Source of the DNA: an uncultured virus (IMG/VR IMGVR_UViG_3300011470_000007) | Taxonomy: Duplodnaviria > Heunggongvirae > Uroviricota > Caudoviricetes | DNA length: 64,000 bases | Reading direction: 5' to 3' (one strand) | IMG/VR virus record: IMGVR_UViG_3300011470_000007 | In this document: in pieces, positions 48,689 to 59,371 of the stretch | Position numbering within the stretch: position 1 is the first letter of the stretch | Layout: every line of letters starts with the position of its first letter | Notes under the pieces: generated by a model | The model's input: only the letters and a program-made list of their open reading frames with translations | Told to the model about the DNA's origin: nothing | The model's database searches: none | Program-made: the position numbers and the translations under genes

Positions 48689-49114
48689 ATGATGTCAAAC
48701 TTATGTCAACCCCAAGGCGTTATTTTAGCCATTGCACTTGCTGTCGCTATGCCTTTTTATCCAATCGAATTCAAAGAAGACGGACAAACCACAATTCCAA
48801 ATCTAGTCAATATCGACGGCACAGGGCATTCAGGCAATGCCGAGCTGGTCGTCAATGACGGGCTATTACGCACCCATCAAGACAGCATGGTATTTGCGGT
48901 CGATAACACAGGTGGCGAAGAGCTTGCGCTCAACATCCATATCGCCAAACAACCGATTGTTGATATTGCCAAAGCCAATGCTGACAAAGCCAATTATTTT
49001 ATCGCAAGTTATCCACTAACCATTAAAGCTGACGAAAAACGTCACTTAGAACTACGACTTATCAATGGTCAATACGTGCTCAGTGACCGTGGCCTAGACT
49101 TACCAACCGTTTAA
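48689..49114 (+). CDS. Hypothetical protein between gpI and fibre
   Basis: AAGGA RBS, 141 aa. Confidence 0.65.
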   Translation: MMSNLCQPQGVILAIALAVAMPFYPIEFKEDGQTTIPNLVNIDGTGHSGNAELVVNDGLLRTHQDSMVFAVDNTGGEELALNIHIAKQPIVDIAKANADKANYFIASYPLTIKADEKRHLELRLINGQYVLSDRGLDLPTV

Positions 49115-49134
49115 TCAACTGACTTAATACGACT

Positions 49135-50661
49135 ATGAGCTATCAATTACTCTTAACAAACGCTGGCGCTGCCAAAATCGCTACCGCCAGTAATGCAGGT
49201 GGGACACCCTTGCATATTACTGACTTTGCAGTGGGACAAGGCGTTAATGTCGACTTCAGTACACGCCTTGACAAGCAAACCTTGGTCGCCAAGCGTTACC
49301 AAGGCAAGGTAGAGTCTGTCAATCTTGTCGCCCCAAACAAGTACGAGATTGTGTGTGTCGTCCCTGTCGATGTGGGTGGTTTTACCATTCGTGAGTTTGG
49401 ATTGATTGATAGTGATGGCGTATTGGTGTGGGTTGGCAGTCTACCAGAGGTACAAAAACCAGACGCTACCAGCACTGCCGCGGTTGATTATCGACTCAAA
49501 GCGGTGGTACAGATTGATAACCCTGCTGTGTCGATTGTCGTTGATACCAACGCTATCACAGCCACACAGTCGTGGGTCAATGCCAATTTTGCGGCCATTG
49601 GTCATAACCATCAGGATATGCTTGATCGCTTAACTGCCCTTGAAAATCGTATTTTTGAGGCGATTGCTGTTGGTGGCATTTACGCGACTGCAAAACTTTA
49701 CGCCAAGGGTCAAGATGTTCACGCCGAACTTGGCTATGGCGTTTGGGCACTTTACGCCCAAAGTAAAATTTTAGCTGGATTTTCAACCATTGCTACTGAT
49801 GATAATAAATTCAAAACGATGGGAAATGTTTTTGAAATTGGTTCAGAAATTGAGAATCAAAAAGCCATTGTGGCGCAATTTTGGAAGCGTTTGCCAAATG
49901 ACTACATTGCTCCAACGTTTGATATGTATTACACGTCAGACGAAGCAGGATTAAACCGCGTCACAGTTATTGGCGAAGAAACGCCGATTTATCTATGGTT
50001 AAACGTGACAAACGCCACTCAACCCATCCAAATAATCAGCTTCTTGTCAGATGCAAGCGGCACCATTCACTTAACCAATTCAAATATTAACCACCCAAAA
50101 ACCGTTAATAATGGCAAAACATTACTCGTCTCAATTCCACAGGATAATTACAGTGTAGATAACCCTGTCACGTTAAATTGGGGGTTCGTCTTAAACGACC
50201 CAACTGTCGATGTCGAGACAGCTATCAATGCACCGCTTGCGATTAATAATACAGTCAGTGATGCGCCTATTATAGATAGCAACCCTACAGTTACCACCAG
50301 AAGCATTGATGTAAATTGCTACGTTGAAGTAGGGGCATTTGGTGTGTCAAGCGAAGCAATTAGTTGGCGTGAAATTGGCGAAGTGATTGGTAATAATCCA
50401 GAAAATATTAGCCAGAAAGTAAACACTAAAAATGATGAAATCGTGTTAGTAGGCTTTCCGCAAATCAATACAGGTCTATCTGATTTATCAATTACACAAC
50501 ATCCAACAAAAACCGACTCAAGTTACACCTACCCAACAAATAATATTTCATTCGCGAACGGTCAGCTTCGATTGTTTAAAAACCCGATACCAAATGACAT
50601 CAAATTAGATGTGGTTGGTAAAACATTAATGAACACATTAACCATTACTTATAAAATTTAG
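49135..50661 (+). CDS. Tail fibre (gpH-like)
   Basis: LLTNAGAAK, VGGFTIREFGL N-terminal domain; beta-rich C-terminus. Confidence 0.88.
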   Translation: MSYQLLLTNAGAAKIATASNAGGTPLHITDFAVGQGVNVDFSTRLDKQTLVAKRYQGKVESVNLVAPNKYEIVCVVPVDVGGFTIREFGLIDSDGVLVWVGSLPEVQKPDATSTAAVDYRLKAVVQIDNPAVSIVVDTNAITATQSWVNANFAAIGHNHQDMLDRLTALENRIFEAIAVGGIYATAKLYAKGQDVHAELGYGVWALYAQSKILAGFSTIATDDNKFKTMGNVFEIGSEIENQKAIVAQFWKRLPNDYIAPTFDMYYTSDEAGLNRVTVIGEETPIYLWLNVTNATQPIQIISFLSDASGTIHLTNSNINHPKTVNNGKTLLVSIPQDNYSVDNPVTLNWGFVLNDPTVDVETAINAPLAINNTVSDAPIIDSNPTVTTRSIDVNCYVEVGAFGVSSEAISWREIGEVIGNNPENISQKVNTKNDEIVLVGFPQINTGLSDLSITQHPTKTDSSYTYPTNNISFANGQLRLFKNPIPNDIKLDVVGKTLMNTLTITYKI

Positions 50662-50806
50662 TTGAGCAAACAGATGACTAAAAACACTTATCACAATGCC
50701 ATCCGCGACCTTGTTGACCTAAGCAGTCGCAAGGGTAAAACAAGGCAATACATTCGTTATGAAATTGGCATTTAAATTAACCTATACACCATAACAAGGA
50801 GCTAAC

Positions 50807-51349
50807 ATGGCTTTACACCACGGCATCACCGCCCAAGAACTCACCCAAGGCATTTTGCCCATGCGCAATGCCAACATCAGCGTCATCGGTCTAATCGCCA
50901 CGTCAACCGATGCCGATGCCACCATGTACCCAGCCGATACCCCAGTATTACTAACAGGTATCACCAAAGACAATATTGATAAAGCAGGCACCCAAGGCAC
51001 GCTCAAAACAGCATTGCAGACCATCCGTGACATCACAAACCCAACCGTGGTTGTCATGCGTGTGAGCCATGCTGATAACATCGATGTGTTAGACGAGCTG
51101 CTCGCTTGTCAATCACGATTAGGGGTAATACCAAAAATCCTAGGTGCGCCTGAAATTGATACCCCTGCTATGGTGCGCAAGTTGGTCAGCATTGCCAAGC
51201 GCCGTCGCGGCTTTGTCTATGCGTCGCCACGCAAAGATGACGGCACATTGATTACTGATAAAACTGAGATTGCGGCATATCGCGATACCTTTGGCGACCG
51301 TGAATTGCATTTGATTGAAAATCAGTGGGGGAAGCCGCTGGGAAAGTAG
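50807..51349 (+). CDS. Tail sheath FI, N-terminal half, ends at slippery site
   Basis: HHGI, AGTQGTL, GVIPKILGAP, YRDTFGDREL match first half of P2 FI; ends G GGA AAG TAG. Confidence 0.9.
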   Translation: MALHHGITAQELTQGILPMRNANISVIGLIATSTDADATMYPADTPVLLTGITKDNIDKAGTQGTLKTALQTIRDITNPTVVVMRVSHADNIDVLDELLACQSRLGVIPKILGAPEIDTPAMVRKLVSIAKRRRGFVYASPRKDDGTLITDKTEIAAYRDTFGDRELHLIENQWGKPLGK

Positions 51350-51762
51350 CTGCTGGTAAGCGTGTTGTCTATGCCAGCCGTCTTTATCCAACATTAATTG
51401 AAAAAGAAGACGCGTATCAGCCGACAGTTAAGCCACTGGACATTACGCTTCAAGATATCTTAAAACGTGGTTATGGTGAAGATGCTTATCAGCCGAACAT
51501 CAAGCCGTTAGATATCACCATGCGGAACATTGTGTTAAGTAAACAGGTTGACGATAAAGATGCTTATCAGCCGACAATCAAGCCATTGGACATCACATTA
51601 GCTAAAGTATTTGATGGCAAGGTATATGTAGATGATGCGTATCAACCAACGATTAAACCGCTTGATATCACATTAAAACGAGTTGTGGTGAGTAGCAATG
51701 TTGATGGTGACGCATATCAACCAACAGTTAAGCCACTAGATATCACATTAAAAACAGTTTAA
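51340..51762 (+). CDS. Repeat domain (5x DAYQPT.KPLDITL), predicted -1 frameshift extension
   Basis: -1 frame open from GGGAAAG; homologous to Mu copy. Confidence 0.8.
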   Translation, partial: GKVAAGKRVVYASRLYPTLIEKEDAYQPTVKPLDITLQDILKRGYGEDAYQPNIKPLDITMRNIVLSKQVDDKDAYQPTIKPLDITLAKVFDGKVYVDDAYQPTIKPLDITLKRVVVSSNVDGDAYQPTVKPLDITLKTV

Positions 51763-51771
51763 GGAATTATT

Positions 51772-52767
51772 ATGCAAGCAAATATGGGTATGGCAGGTGA
51801 GTTTCGTGTTGTAGTGAAACGAGCCGATGGCAGTAAAAAGCTAGATACAGGCTATCAAAAGAATTTGATTCTAAATCAAGGATTGGACTTTTTTGGCGGT
51901 GACAATGGTGACAATATGACGGCGTATTGCGTCATTGGTAGTGGTAATAGTCAACCAAGTTATACGCAAAATAAATTAGATACTGCTATCACAGGAGTTT
52001 TTGGTGATTATTTTTCAACTAAATATGATTATGATGTAGCACGAGATGGTAATTTATACAAAGCCAATAAAGTAAAAAAATACTCCTTCAGTGGCTTAAA
52101 TAACATCAATATTAGCGAAGTTGGTTTAGCTTCCACTTATAGTAATACCTCAGATTATTATCTTTGTACTCGTGCATTAATTAAAGATAGTAAAGGCAAC
52201 CCCACAACGATTACTATTTTAAATGGTGAAATCTTAGAGATTTATTACAAATTATGGGCAGTTTTTGATACCACTGATAAGATTGGTACACTCAACCTAT
52301 TAGACGGAGTAGGTGGCAGTGCAACATATAATTATACTGTTAGACCAGCAACAGTCGGTGTTACAGACCCTGGGGTTGGTGGAAATTCCTTTGCTGATAA
52401 TATAGGGAAGGTTATAAATTATTTATCCCGCTCAATCGAAAGAGGCTTCTATGTATCATCAAGCAGTATAAGTGCTATTGCCTCTTTACCTTCTAATTTA
52501 GTTTCATATGGTAGTGTTTATGAGAGCAGTTTTCCAGTCACTGGCAGTAGTTATACATCTGGCTCATATAAAAAAACATTAACATTAAATTGCCCAGTGG
52601 ATAAATTAAATCAGCAAATAGCCTCACTGTTTTTATATTCCACTTTTGGTTCATGGCAGATATCAATTAAATCAACTAATGATGATTTAGGTATTTCAAA
52701 AACTTCAACCCAAATACTATCCATCCCTATTGAAGTTTCATGGGGTCGTTACGAGGGTGCGTTGTAA
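51772..52767 (+). CDS. Cassette protein 2 (331 aa)
   Basis: AAGGA RBS; homolog of 23479-24466. Confidence 0.85.
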   Translation: MQANMGMAGEFRVVVKRADGSKKLDTGYQKNLILNQGLDFFGGDNGDNMTAYCVIGSGNSQPSYTQNKLDTAITGVFGDYFSTKYDYDVARDGNLYKANKVKKYSFSGLNNINISEVGLASTYSNTSDYYLCTRALIKDSKGNPTTITILNGEILEIYYKLWAVFDTTDKIGTLNLLDGVGGSATYNYTVRPATVGVTDPGVGGNSFADNIGKVINYLSRSIERGFYVSSSSISAIASLPSNLVSYGSVYESSFPVTGSSYTSGSYKKTLTLNCPVDKLNQQIASLFLYSTFGSWQISIKSTNDDLGISKTSTQILSIPIEVSWGRYEGAL

Positions 52768-53363
52768 TGTTGCCGCAAGCCACTGACCTTGCAACCGTTG
52801 AGTCAACGGATAATGGCATCCTACTATCGCCACGCAGTAGAGCCTATGCACTCAGTGAGTCGTGGGAGCAAGGCGGTGTTGGCTTGTCCGACACCAGTCA
52901 AGGCTTAGCGTCGCATACATGGCGCGCATGGACGGATAGCAAGGCTATTTATATCCAGCGCAGTGATTTGCCAAAAGACACCGCAAAAACGCTGTTAGCA
53001 GCGCCCAACATCACCGAGCTTGACTTAACATTTGACCAAAATATGCGACCAGTTTTGACTTATGTATCAGGTGGTATCGCAAAACTGTACTGGTACGATA
53101 CGGTGAGTCAATCTCAAACCATCACCGACTTTCCAAATGTCAAAAATCCGCGGGTGTCACTTGACGACAAGCGCGCATTTAACACCGCCAATTCTGATGT
53201 GATTTTTGCCTATATCAACAATGACCAACTTTGCTGTCGCTATCAACGTGAGCGATACGGCATCGAGCACGTATTACACCAATTACCACCCAAAACCGCG
53301 CTAGTCAAAATCGGCATGGGTACTACTAACCGTTTTTTGTTTGATACCAAGGAGCCCAAATGA
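52767..53363 (+). CDS. Cassette protein 3 (198 aa)
   Basis: TAATG coupling; homolog of 24466-25062. Confidence 0.85.
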   Translation: MLPQATDLATVESTDNGILLSPRSRAYALSESWEQGGVGLSDTSQGLASHTWRAWTDSKAIYIQRSDLPKDTAKTLLAAPNITELDLTFDQNMRPVLTYVSGGIAKLYWYDTVSQSQTITDFPNVKNPRVSLDDKRAFNTANSDVIFAYINNDQLCCRYQRERYGIEHVLHQLPPKTALVKIGMGTTNRFLFDTKEPK

Positions 53364-53950
53364 CCCCAATTATCGCCACCGCCCTCGCCTTACGGGCAAA
53401 AATTGATGAGACCGACCCAGCCTCATTTACCAAGTCAATCAGCAATGTCGCCATCTCAACCGTTGATGGTATTTCATATCCACGCACATGGGACTTGGAA
53501 GACCCGGACACTGAAGTCGGTTACTTAAACGCCAATGAAGTCACCAGTCTCATCCAGCACGAAGGCTTTCGCTTTTGGGGCAATCGCACCTGTAGCGACG
53601 ACCCCCGCTTTGCCTTTGAGACCACCACACGCACCGCCCAATTTTTGCTTGATACCATCATTGCAGGCTGTTTTCCCTTCATTGACAAGCCGCTCACGCC
53701 TATTTTAGCCCGTGACATCATCGACAGTATCAACGCAAAGTTACGCCAATTCGTCGCCAAAGGTTGGCTCATCGGTGCAAGCTGCTGGTACAACGAAGAG
53801 ATTAACAATCCCCAAGATTTAAGCCAAGGCATTATGTATATCGACTACGACTATACCCCTGTGCCAACGCTAGAAAACTTGTTTTTGAACCAGCGTATCA
53901 CCGACCGCTATTTGGTTGACTTTAGCAAACTAATCGCCCAAACGGCGTAA
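53360..53950 (+). CDS. Tail sheath FI, C-terminal half
   Basis: ALALRAKID, GFRFWGNRTCSDDP, IDYDYTPVP.LENL; own AAGGAG RBS. Confidence 0.93.
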   Translation: MTPIIATALALRAKIDETDPASFTKSISNVAISTVDGISYPRTWDLEDPDTEVGYLNANEVTSLIQHEGFRFWGNRTCSDDPRFAFETTTRTAQFLLDTIIAGCFPFIDKPLTPILARDIIDSINAKLRQFVAKGWLIGASCWYNEEINNPQDLSQGIMYIDYDYTPVPTLENLFLNQRITDRYLVDFSKLIAQTA

Positions 53951-53960
53951 GGATAAAGAA

Positions 53961-54476
53961 ATGGCAAAACAACTCCCCGCCGTACTTAAAAACTACAACG
54001 TTTTTGTCGATAGCGATAGCTACGCTGGTACCGCAAAAACCATCGAACTACCCGAAATCGTCAAAAAAACCGAGAAGTACCGCGGCGCCGGTATGATTGG
54101 TGACATCGACCTTGATATGGGTTTTGAGAAAATGGAAAGCACCATCACCTACACGGGTGTTGACAGCCGTCACTTTGCACAGTTGGCAAAGTGTGGCGTC
54201 AGTGATTTACCAATTCGCTATGTCGGCGCTTATGAACGCCAAGATATTTGCAAGCACGTTATCCGCGAAGTCTATATGCGTGGCTCGCTCAAAGAGTTTC
54301 AGCTCGGCGAGATAGAGCTAGGCAGCATCAACGAGCAAGAGTTGCTGTATGGCGTCACTTATTTAAAAGTCGTCGATGACGGCTTTGAGCTATGCGAAAT
54401 CGACCTTGTTAACGGCATCTGTATTTTGGGCGGTGTTGACAAAACCAGCCAAATTAACGCCATGCTAGGCTTATAA
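53961..54476 (+). CDS. Tail tube FII
   Basis: LP.VLKN.N, YRGAGM.G, EIDLVN. Confidence 0.92.
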   Translation: MAKQLPAVLKNYNVFVDSDSYAGTAKTIELPEIVKKTEKYRGAGMIGDIDLDMGFEKMESTITYTGVDSRHFAQLAKCGVSDLPIRYVGAYERQDICKHVIREVYMRGSLKEFQLGEIELGSINEQELLYGVTYLKVVDDGFELCEIDLVNGICILGGVDKTSQINAMLGL

Positions 54477-54620
54477 ACCATCAATCAACGAGTAAAGTGG
54501 CTATTAGCTAGTTGGTGAAGTGATGGTTTACCAAGGCGGCGATGGTCAGATTAATACGAAGAATATTAATCACTCGTTTTTATTTAATATCAAAATTTTT
54601 CGCAACATAGGAAATTATGC

Positions 54621-55141
54621 ATGAAAGCCTACTCAAACGAACACGCCGATGAAGTCGCAGCATTGAATGCCGATGAAGAAAGCAAAAAACAATCACTACC
54701 ACAAGACCCAAACCTTGAAACCGTCACCCTTGACACCCCTATTGTCCGTGGCGACACCGTCATCAGTCAAATCACTATTCGCAAGCCAAAGGCAGGGTCA
54801 TTGCGCGGCTTATCGTTGACCGATGTACTCAAGCTAGAATTTGATGCCATTGCCAAACTCGTCCCCCGTGTCGCCTCCCCTGTACTCGTTGAGCATGACT
54901 TGGCGGATATGGACTTGGCAGACTTTACCAAGGTAGCCACAGCGGTGGTGGGTTTTTTCGCCAGTCCAGCGGAGCGAGCCAAGGTAAAAGCGAACCTAGA
55001 ATCCCAGTCAGCATAGATGACGTGATAGCAGACCTTGCCGTGGTGTTCCATTGGTCGCCCGATGTGTGCGACCAAATGGATTTAGCAGAGCTGATGATGT
55101 GGCACGACAAGGCAAGGGAACGTTCAGAAACCAAAAAATAA
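54621..55141 (+). CDS. Tail chaperone gpE (54621-55016) and E+E' -1 frameshift product to 55141
   Basis: T TTT TTC at 54953-54959; -1 frame gives IADLAVVFHWSP...ELMMWHDKA. Confidence 0.88.
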
Positions 55142-55157
55142 TCTTTAAAGGGGCACT

Positions 55158-57887
55158 ATGGCAAATCTAGATTTATCCGCGACACTCGAACTCATTGACC
55201 GTATTTCTGCCCCTTTGCAGTCTATCGTTGCTCAATCTGAGCGTTTGAACCAAGCTTTTGACAAAACTACAGCATCGGTTGAGCAATTCAACGAGACATT
55301 ATCAAAGGTTAATAGTAGCCGCCTAAACGGTCTTAACCAACCCCTCAATCAAACCAATTCATTATTTTCAAAAGCCCGTGAACACGCACGGGGACTTGCC
55401 AGTGATTTAAAACTGGTATTTAGTGCCATTGTAGGCGTGCAAAAAAAAGCGGACAGCTTATCAAAATCATTTGCCGATTACCGCAAAGGTCTGCGAGAGC
55501 AAGCGATGGGCAGTATCGCCAAGATGGGCGGCGCAGCTGTCGCAGGTTATCAAATGCTCAAACCTGCTATCGCATTTGATAAGCAAATGAGTGCCACGCA
55601 AGCGGTGCTTGAGCTAGATGCCAAGTCAAGTGAACTAGCCATGCTCCGCAATCAAGCCATTACTGAAGGAGCAAGGTCGGCTTTCTCCGCCAGCCAAGCC
55701 GCCCAAGCACAGTTTGAGTTGGGTGCAGCGGGTCTCAATAGTCAGCAAGTCTTTGAATCGTTAGCAGGTACATTGGACTTAGCTGCGGCAGGTCAATTGG
55801 AAGTTGCTCGTGCTGCTGAAATATCGGGTGGCGTACTCAATGCCTTCGGTATGCAAGCAAAAGAAATGGGGCGACTTGGTGATGTGATGGTATCCACCGC
55901 CAACAAAACATCTGTCGGCATCGAAGATATCGGCGAAGCCATGAAAATGGCAGCGCCTGTAGCTAAGATGTACGGAGCAAGCCTTGAGCAAACCCATGCG
56001 GCTATTGGACTACTTGGTAATGTGGGTATTAAAGGCTCAGACGCTGGTACAGGCATCAAAGCAATTATGGCGCGGCTTGCTACATTGCCAAAACCTGCTA
56101 AAGACGCACTTGACACAATCAAAGTTAACCCGGTCAATAAAGATGGCACAATGAAAGACTTTGGTGCCTTACTCAATGAAATACGCACCAAAACAGAAAA
56201 ACTATCAACTGACCAGCGCATGGATATCTTTAAAGGTATCGCAGGGCAAGAGCATTTTAGCAAGCTAGAACCGCTCGTTGCTGCCACAGGCGTACTTGAT
56301 AAAAACACAGGTCAAGTCGTCAATAAATTCACCGAACTGACTAAACAGCTAGAAAATTCTGCTGGCGCTGCCAAAAAGGTCGCTGATATCCAGATGGATA
56401 ACCTCGCAGGTGATATTGACCAGCTCAAGGGCGCATGGGAATCCTTTTCAATCGCGCTAGGCGGAAAAGGCGGCGTACTCAATGCTACCCTACGCTCATT
56501 TGTGCAAGGATTGACCGATACTATCAATAAAATCACGGCTTGGGCACAAGCTAACCCAGAGCTAGTCAAAACTATTGGTAGTTTGCTACTTAAATTCATC
56601 AAATTAAATCTGATTTTGTTTACTATCAAATACAGCGTGGCACTGGTACTAGGTTCATTTTTCGGTATGCTTGCTCACTTTATCAAGTTTGGTATAGCCA
56701 TAATGGTAGTCAACGCCATTCTTGCTCGTTTTGGTATCACATTCTGGGGTAAATTTCGCTTGATGGGGCAAGCGGTCATGATGTTTGCGCGGTTATTTGG
56801 TCGAGCGTTTATATTTTTGGCGCGTCAATCTATTCCATTTGTCATTACTGCTATTGGTCAATTAGCAACCGTATTGCTTACTACTCCCATTGGCTGGGCA
56901 ATTATGGCAATCGCCGTGGCAGCCTTATTGATTTATAAATACTGGGCACCTATCAAGGCGTTTTTTATCGGATTTTGGGACGGGTTTAAAGCAGGGCTTG
57001 CCCCATTAATGGTGACATTGTCAAGTCTGTGGTCAATGCTTGGGCAGATTTTTGCGCCGCTCAAACCTGTTATCGACGCCATTGTTTTTGCCATTGGGTG
57101 GCTTGCCAGTGCATTCATGTCGTTATTTGCCCCAGCACAAATGACCCAAGCCCAACTTGCAGGGGCAACTAGTGCGGGACAATCGTTTGGTATGATATTA
57201 GGCACAATTGTCGGACTCATTGGACAGGTGGTGGCAGGACTCGTCGGCGCCTTGGCTTTAGGACTGCAAACTATTGGTCAAGCTATCGGCACTTTCGCCG
57301 CGATGGTCGTCGTACATGGAGGGCAAGCGGTTGCCTATGTTGCAAGCCTACCCGGTCGATTTATGGCATTTTTAGCAGGGCTACCCGCTCAGATGTCAGC
57401 CATGGGCGGTCAGATTATGGATGGACTCAAAAACGGCATTATGAGCCGTATAAATGGCGTTGTCTCAAGCATACAATCCGCAGCGTCAAGGATAAAATCC
57501 GCTTTTGCAGGAATGATGGGTATCCACTCCCCTAGCCGTGTATTCATGGATTACGGCGACAACATCATGGCAGGGCTTAACAACGGCTTACTTGCCAACA
57601 ATGCCCCATTGCAGTCAATGATTCGCACGTCTGACAACTTACGCAACGCGATGGACACCAGCGCGATTAAGTTTGACAACCGCAAACCCATCACCGCAAG
57701 CATGGCAAACGGCTCACAAGGTTATGGCGGTCAGTCGGTAGCCCCAATCAACATCAACATCTACCCACAGCCCAACCAATCCCCTGCCGACATTGCCCAG
57801 CTAGTCGCCCAAGAACTGGCTAAAGCAAAACTAGGGCAAACCACAAATAACACCGCTTTATATGACTTACCACAGGCTTGGACATAA
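55158..57887 (+). CDS. Tape measure protein (gpT)
   Basis: TP901-type core (GIKGSDAGT, DNLAGD); GIHSPSRVF. Confidence 0.93.
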   Translation: MANLDLSATLELIDRISAPLQSIVAQSERLNQAFDKTTASVEQFNETLSKVNSSRLNGLNQPLNQTNSLFSKAREHARGLASDLKLVFSAIVGVQKKADSLSKSFADYRKGLREQAMGSIAKMGGAAVAGYQMLKPAIAFDKQMSATQAVLELDAKSSELAMLRNQAITEGARSAFSASQAAQAQFELGAAGLNSQQVFESLAGTLDLAAAGQLEVARAAEISGGVLNAFGMQAKEMGRLGDVMVSTANKTSVGIEDIGEAMKMAAPVAKMYGASLEQTHAAIGLLGNVGIKGSDAGTGIKAIMARLATLPKPAKDALDTIKVNPVNKDGTMKDFGALLNEIRTKTEKLSTDQRMDIFKGIAGQEHFSKLEPLVAATGVLDKNTGQVVNKFTELTKQLENSAGAAKKVADIQMDNLAGDIDQLKGAWESFSIALGGKGGVLNATLRSFVQGLTDTINKITAWAQANPELVKTIGSLLLKFIKLNLILFTIKYSVALVLGSFFGMLAHFIKFGIAIMVVNAILARFGITFWGKFRLMGQAVMMFARLFGRAFIFLARQSIPFVITAIGQLATVLLTTPIGWAIMAIAVAALLIYKYWAPIKAFFIGFWDGFKAGLAPLMVTLSSLWSMLGQIFAPLKPVIDAIVFAIGWLASAFMSLFAPAQMTQAQLAGATSAGQSFGMILGTIVGLIGQVVAGLVGALALGLQTIGQAIGTFAAMVVVHGGQAVAYVASLPGRFMAFLAGLPAQMSAMGGQIMDGLKNGIMSRINGVVSSIQSAASRIKSAFAGMMGIHSPSRVFMDYGDNIMAGLNNGLLANNAPLQSMIRTSDNLRNAMDTSAIKFDNRKPITASMANGSQGYGGQSVAPININIYPQPNQSPADIAQLVAQELAKAKLGQTTNNTALYDLPQAWT

Positions 57888-58318
57888 TGATTTTATCGTT
57901 AGGACAATTTGTATTTAGCGTCGACACGCTCACCTTTAACGAGCTACAACGCTCCCGCAGTTGGAGCTTTGCCAGCAACGATATCGCGCAAGGCAGACCC
58001 CAATACCAATTTACAGGCACGGGCGAAGAGACGATATCAATTCCGTTTTTGATATACCAGGAACACGGCTTTGGCAATCGCCAATCGGTGGATGATTTGG
58101 CAGAGATGGCAGATACAGGCGCAGGATATGTACTAATAGATGGCAGCGGCTATATTTATGGGGTGTTTGCCATTGATAGCATTGATGATAACCGTAGCTT
58201 TTTGACAATCAATGGTGTACCGCGCAAAGTTGACGGCACACTCAAATTGACACGGGTTGATGACAACCGCATCCAAGCGGACAAATCATCCGATATTCCA
58301 GAAAGCCAGCAATATTAA
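57887..58318 (+). CDS. Tail protein gpU
   Basis: LGQFVF...T...LQR, LIDGSG.IYG. Confidence 0.9.
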   Translation: MILSLGQFVFSVDTLTFNELQRSRSWSFASNDIAQGRPQYQFTGTGEETISIPFLIYQEHGFGNRQSVDDLAEMADTGAGYVLIDGSGYIYGVFAIDSIDDNRSFLTINGVPRKVDGTLKLTRVDDNRIQADKSSDIPESQQY

Positions 58319-58327
58319 GGTGATATC

Positions 58328-59371
58328 ATGCTAAGAACCCCCATCATCCGCCTAACCGCCGATAACGAGCCACTCGACGACGCCATCATGTCACGTTTGA
58401 TGGATGTATCTGTTACCGATAACAAGTCAGGCGATGCCGATGAGCTGTCTCTCACACTTGATGACCACGACGGCAAACTTGCCATGCCAAAGCGTGGCGT
58501 CAAATTGCAATGTTGGATGGGTTATATCGATGCCGGTGTCCATGACATGGGGATATATACTGTCGATAGCGTTGAATGGGGCGGCACACCCGACACCATC
58601 ACTGTAAAAGCCAAATCAGCCGATATGAAAGGCAGTCTTAAGTCTGGACGCACCCAAAGCTATCATGATAAAAAATTGGGCGAAATTGCCAAAGAAGTCG
58701 CCACTCGTCATGAGCTGGAACTTGCTATGACTGACTACTTGATGAACATTGAAGTCGGGCACATCGATCAGACTGATGAGTCCGACCTGCACTTACTGAC
58801 TCGCCTTTGTTGGCAGTTTGGGGCGGTCGTCAACGTCAAACACGGTAAGTTACTTATCTTTCAGCCTTACGAGAACAAAACTGTCTCTGGGCAACCGCTT
58901 ACCCTGACTGTACTAAAACGTGACAAGGGCGACCAGTTCCGTTTCAGTATTGAAGACCGACAAGGTGACGTTGATAACGTACAAGCCACTTACCATGACG
59001 CCAAGCAAGCCAAGAAAGTAACGGTCAACACCGACAAGGACGGGCAAAAAGCCAAAAGATTAAAGGGCAATTTTAAGGATGAAAAGACTGCTACCGCCGC
59101 CGCCAATGCTGAGAAAAAACGCATCGAGGGTGAACAAGGCAAATTTAGCATTAACTGTGCGTTTGGTTATCCAGCAATTAGTACTGAGTCGCCCATTGAA
59201 CTTCAGGGGTTCAAGGTTGAAATTGATAGTTTGAAATGGACAGTGGACAAAGCCACGCATAGCTATAGCAAATCGCAGGGATTGACCACGCAGCTTGACT
59301 TGACCGCACCGATAAATGGAGAGTTTGGCGCCAAACCTGTTGATAAAAAAGATAGTAAAGCCGCTATTTAA
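58328..59371 (+). CDS. Baseplate hub / late control gpD
   Basis: TDN....ADEL.LTLDD.DG, HIDQTDESD..LLTRL. Confidence 0.92.
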   Translation: MLRTPIIRLTADNEPLDDAIMSRLMDVSVTDNKSGDADELSLTLDDHDGKLAMPKRGVKLQCWMGYIDAGVHDMGIYTVDSVEWGGTPDTITVKAKSADMKGSLKSGRTQSYHDKKLGEIAKEVATRHELELAMTDYLMNIEVGHIDQTDESDLHLLTRLCWQFGAVVNVKHGKLLIFQPYENKTVSGQPLTLTVLKRDKGDQFRFSIEDRQGDVDNVQATYHDAKQAKKVTVNTDKDGQKAKRLKGNFKDEKTATAAANAEKKRIEGEQGKFSINCAFGYPAISTESPIELQGFKVEIDSLKWTVDKATHSYSKSQGLTTQLDLTAPINGEFGAKPVDKKDSKAAI

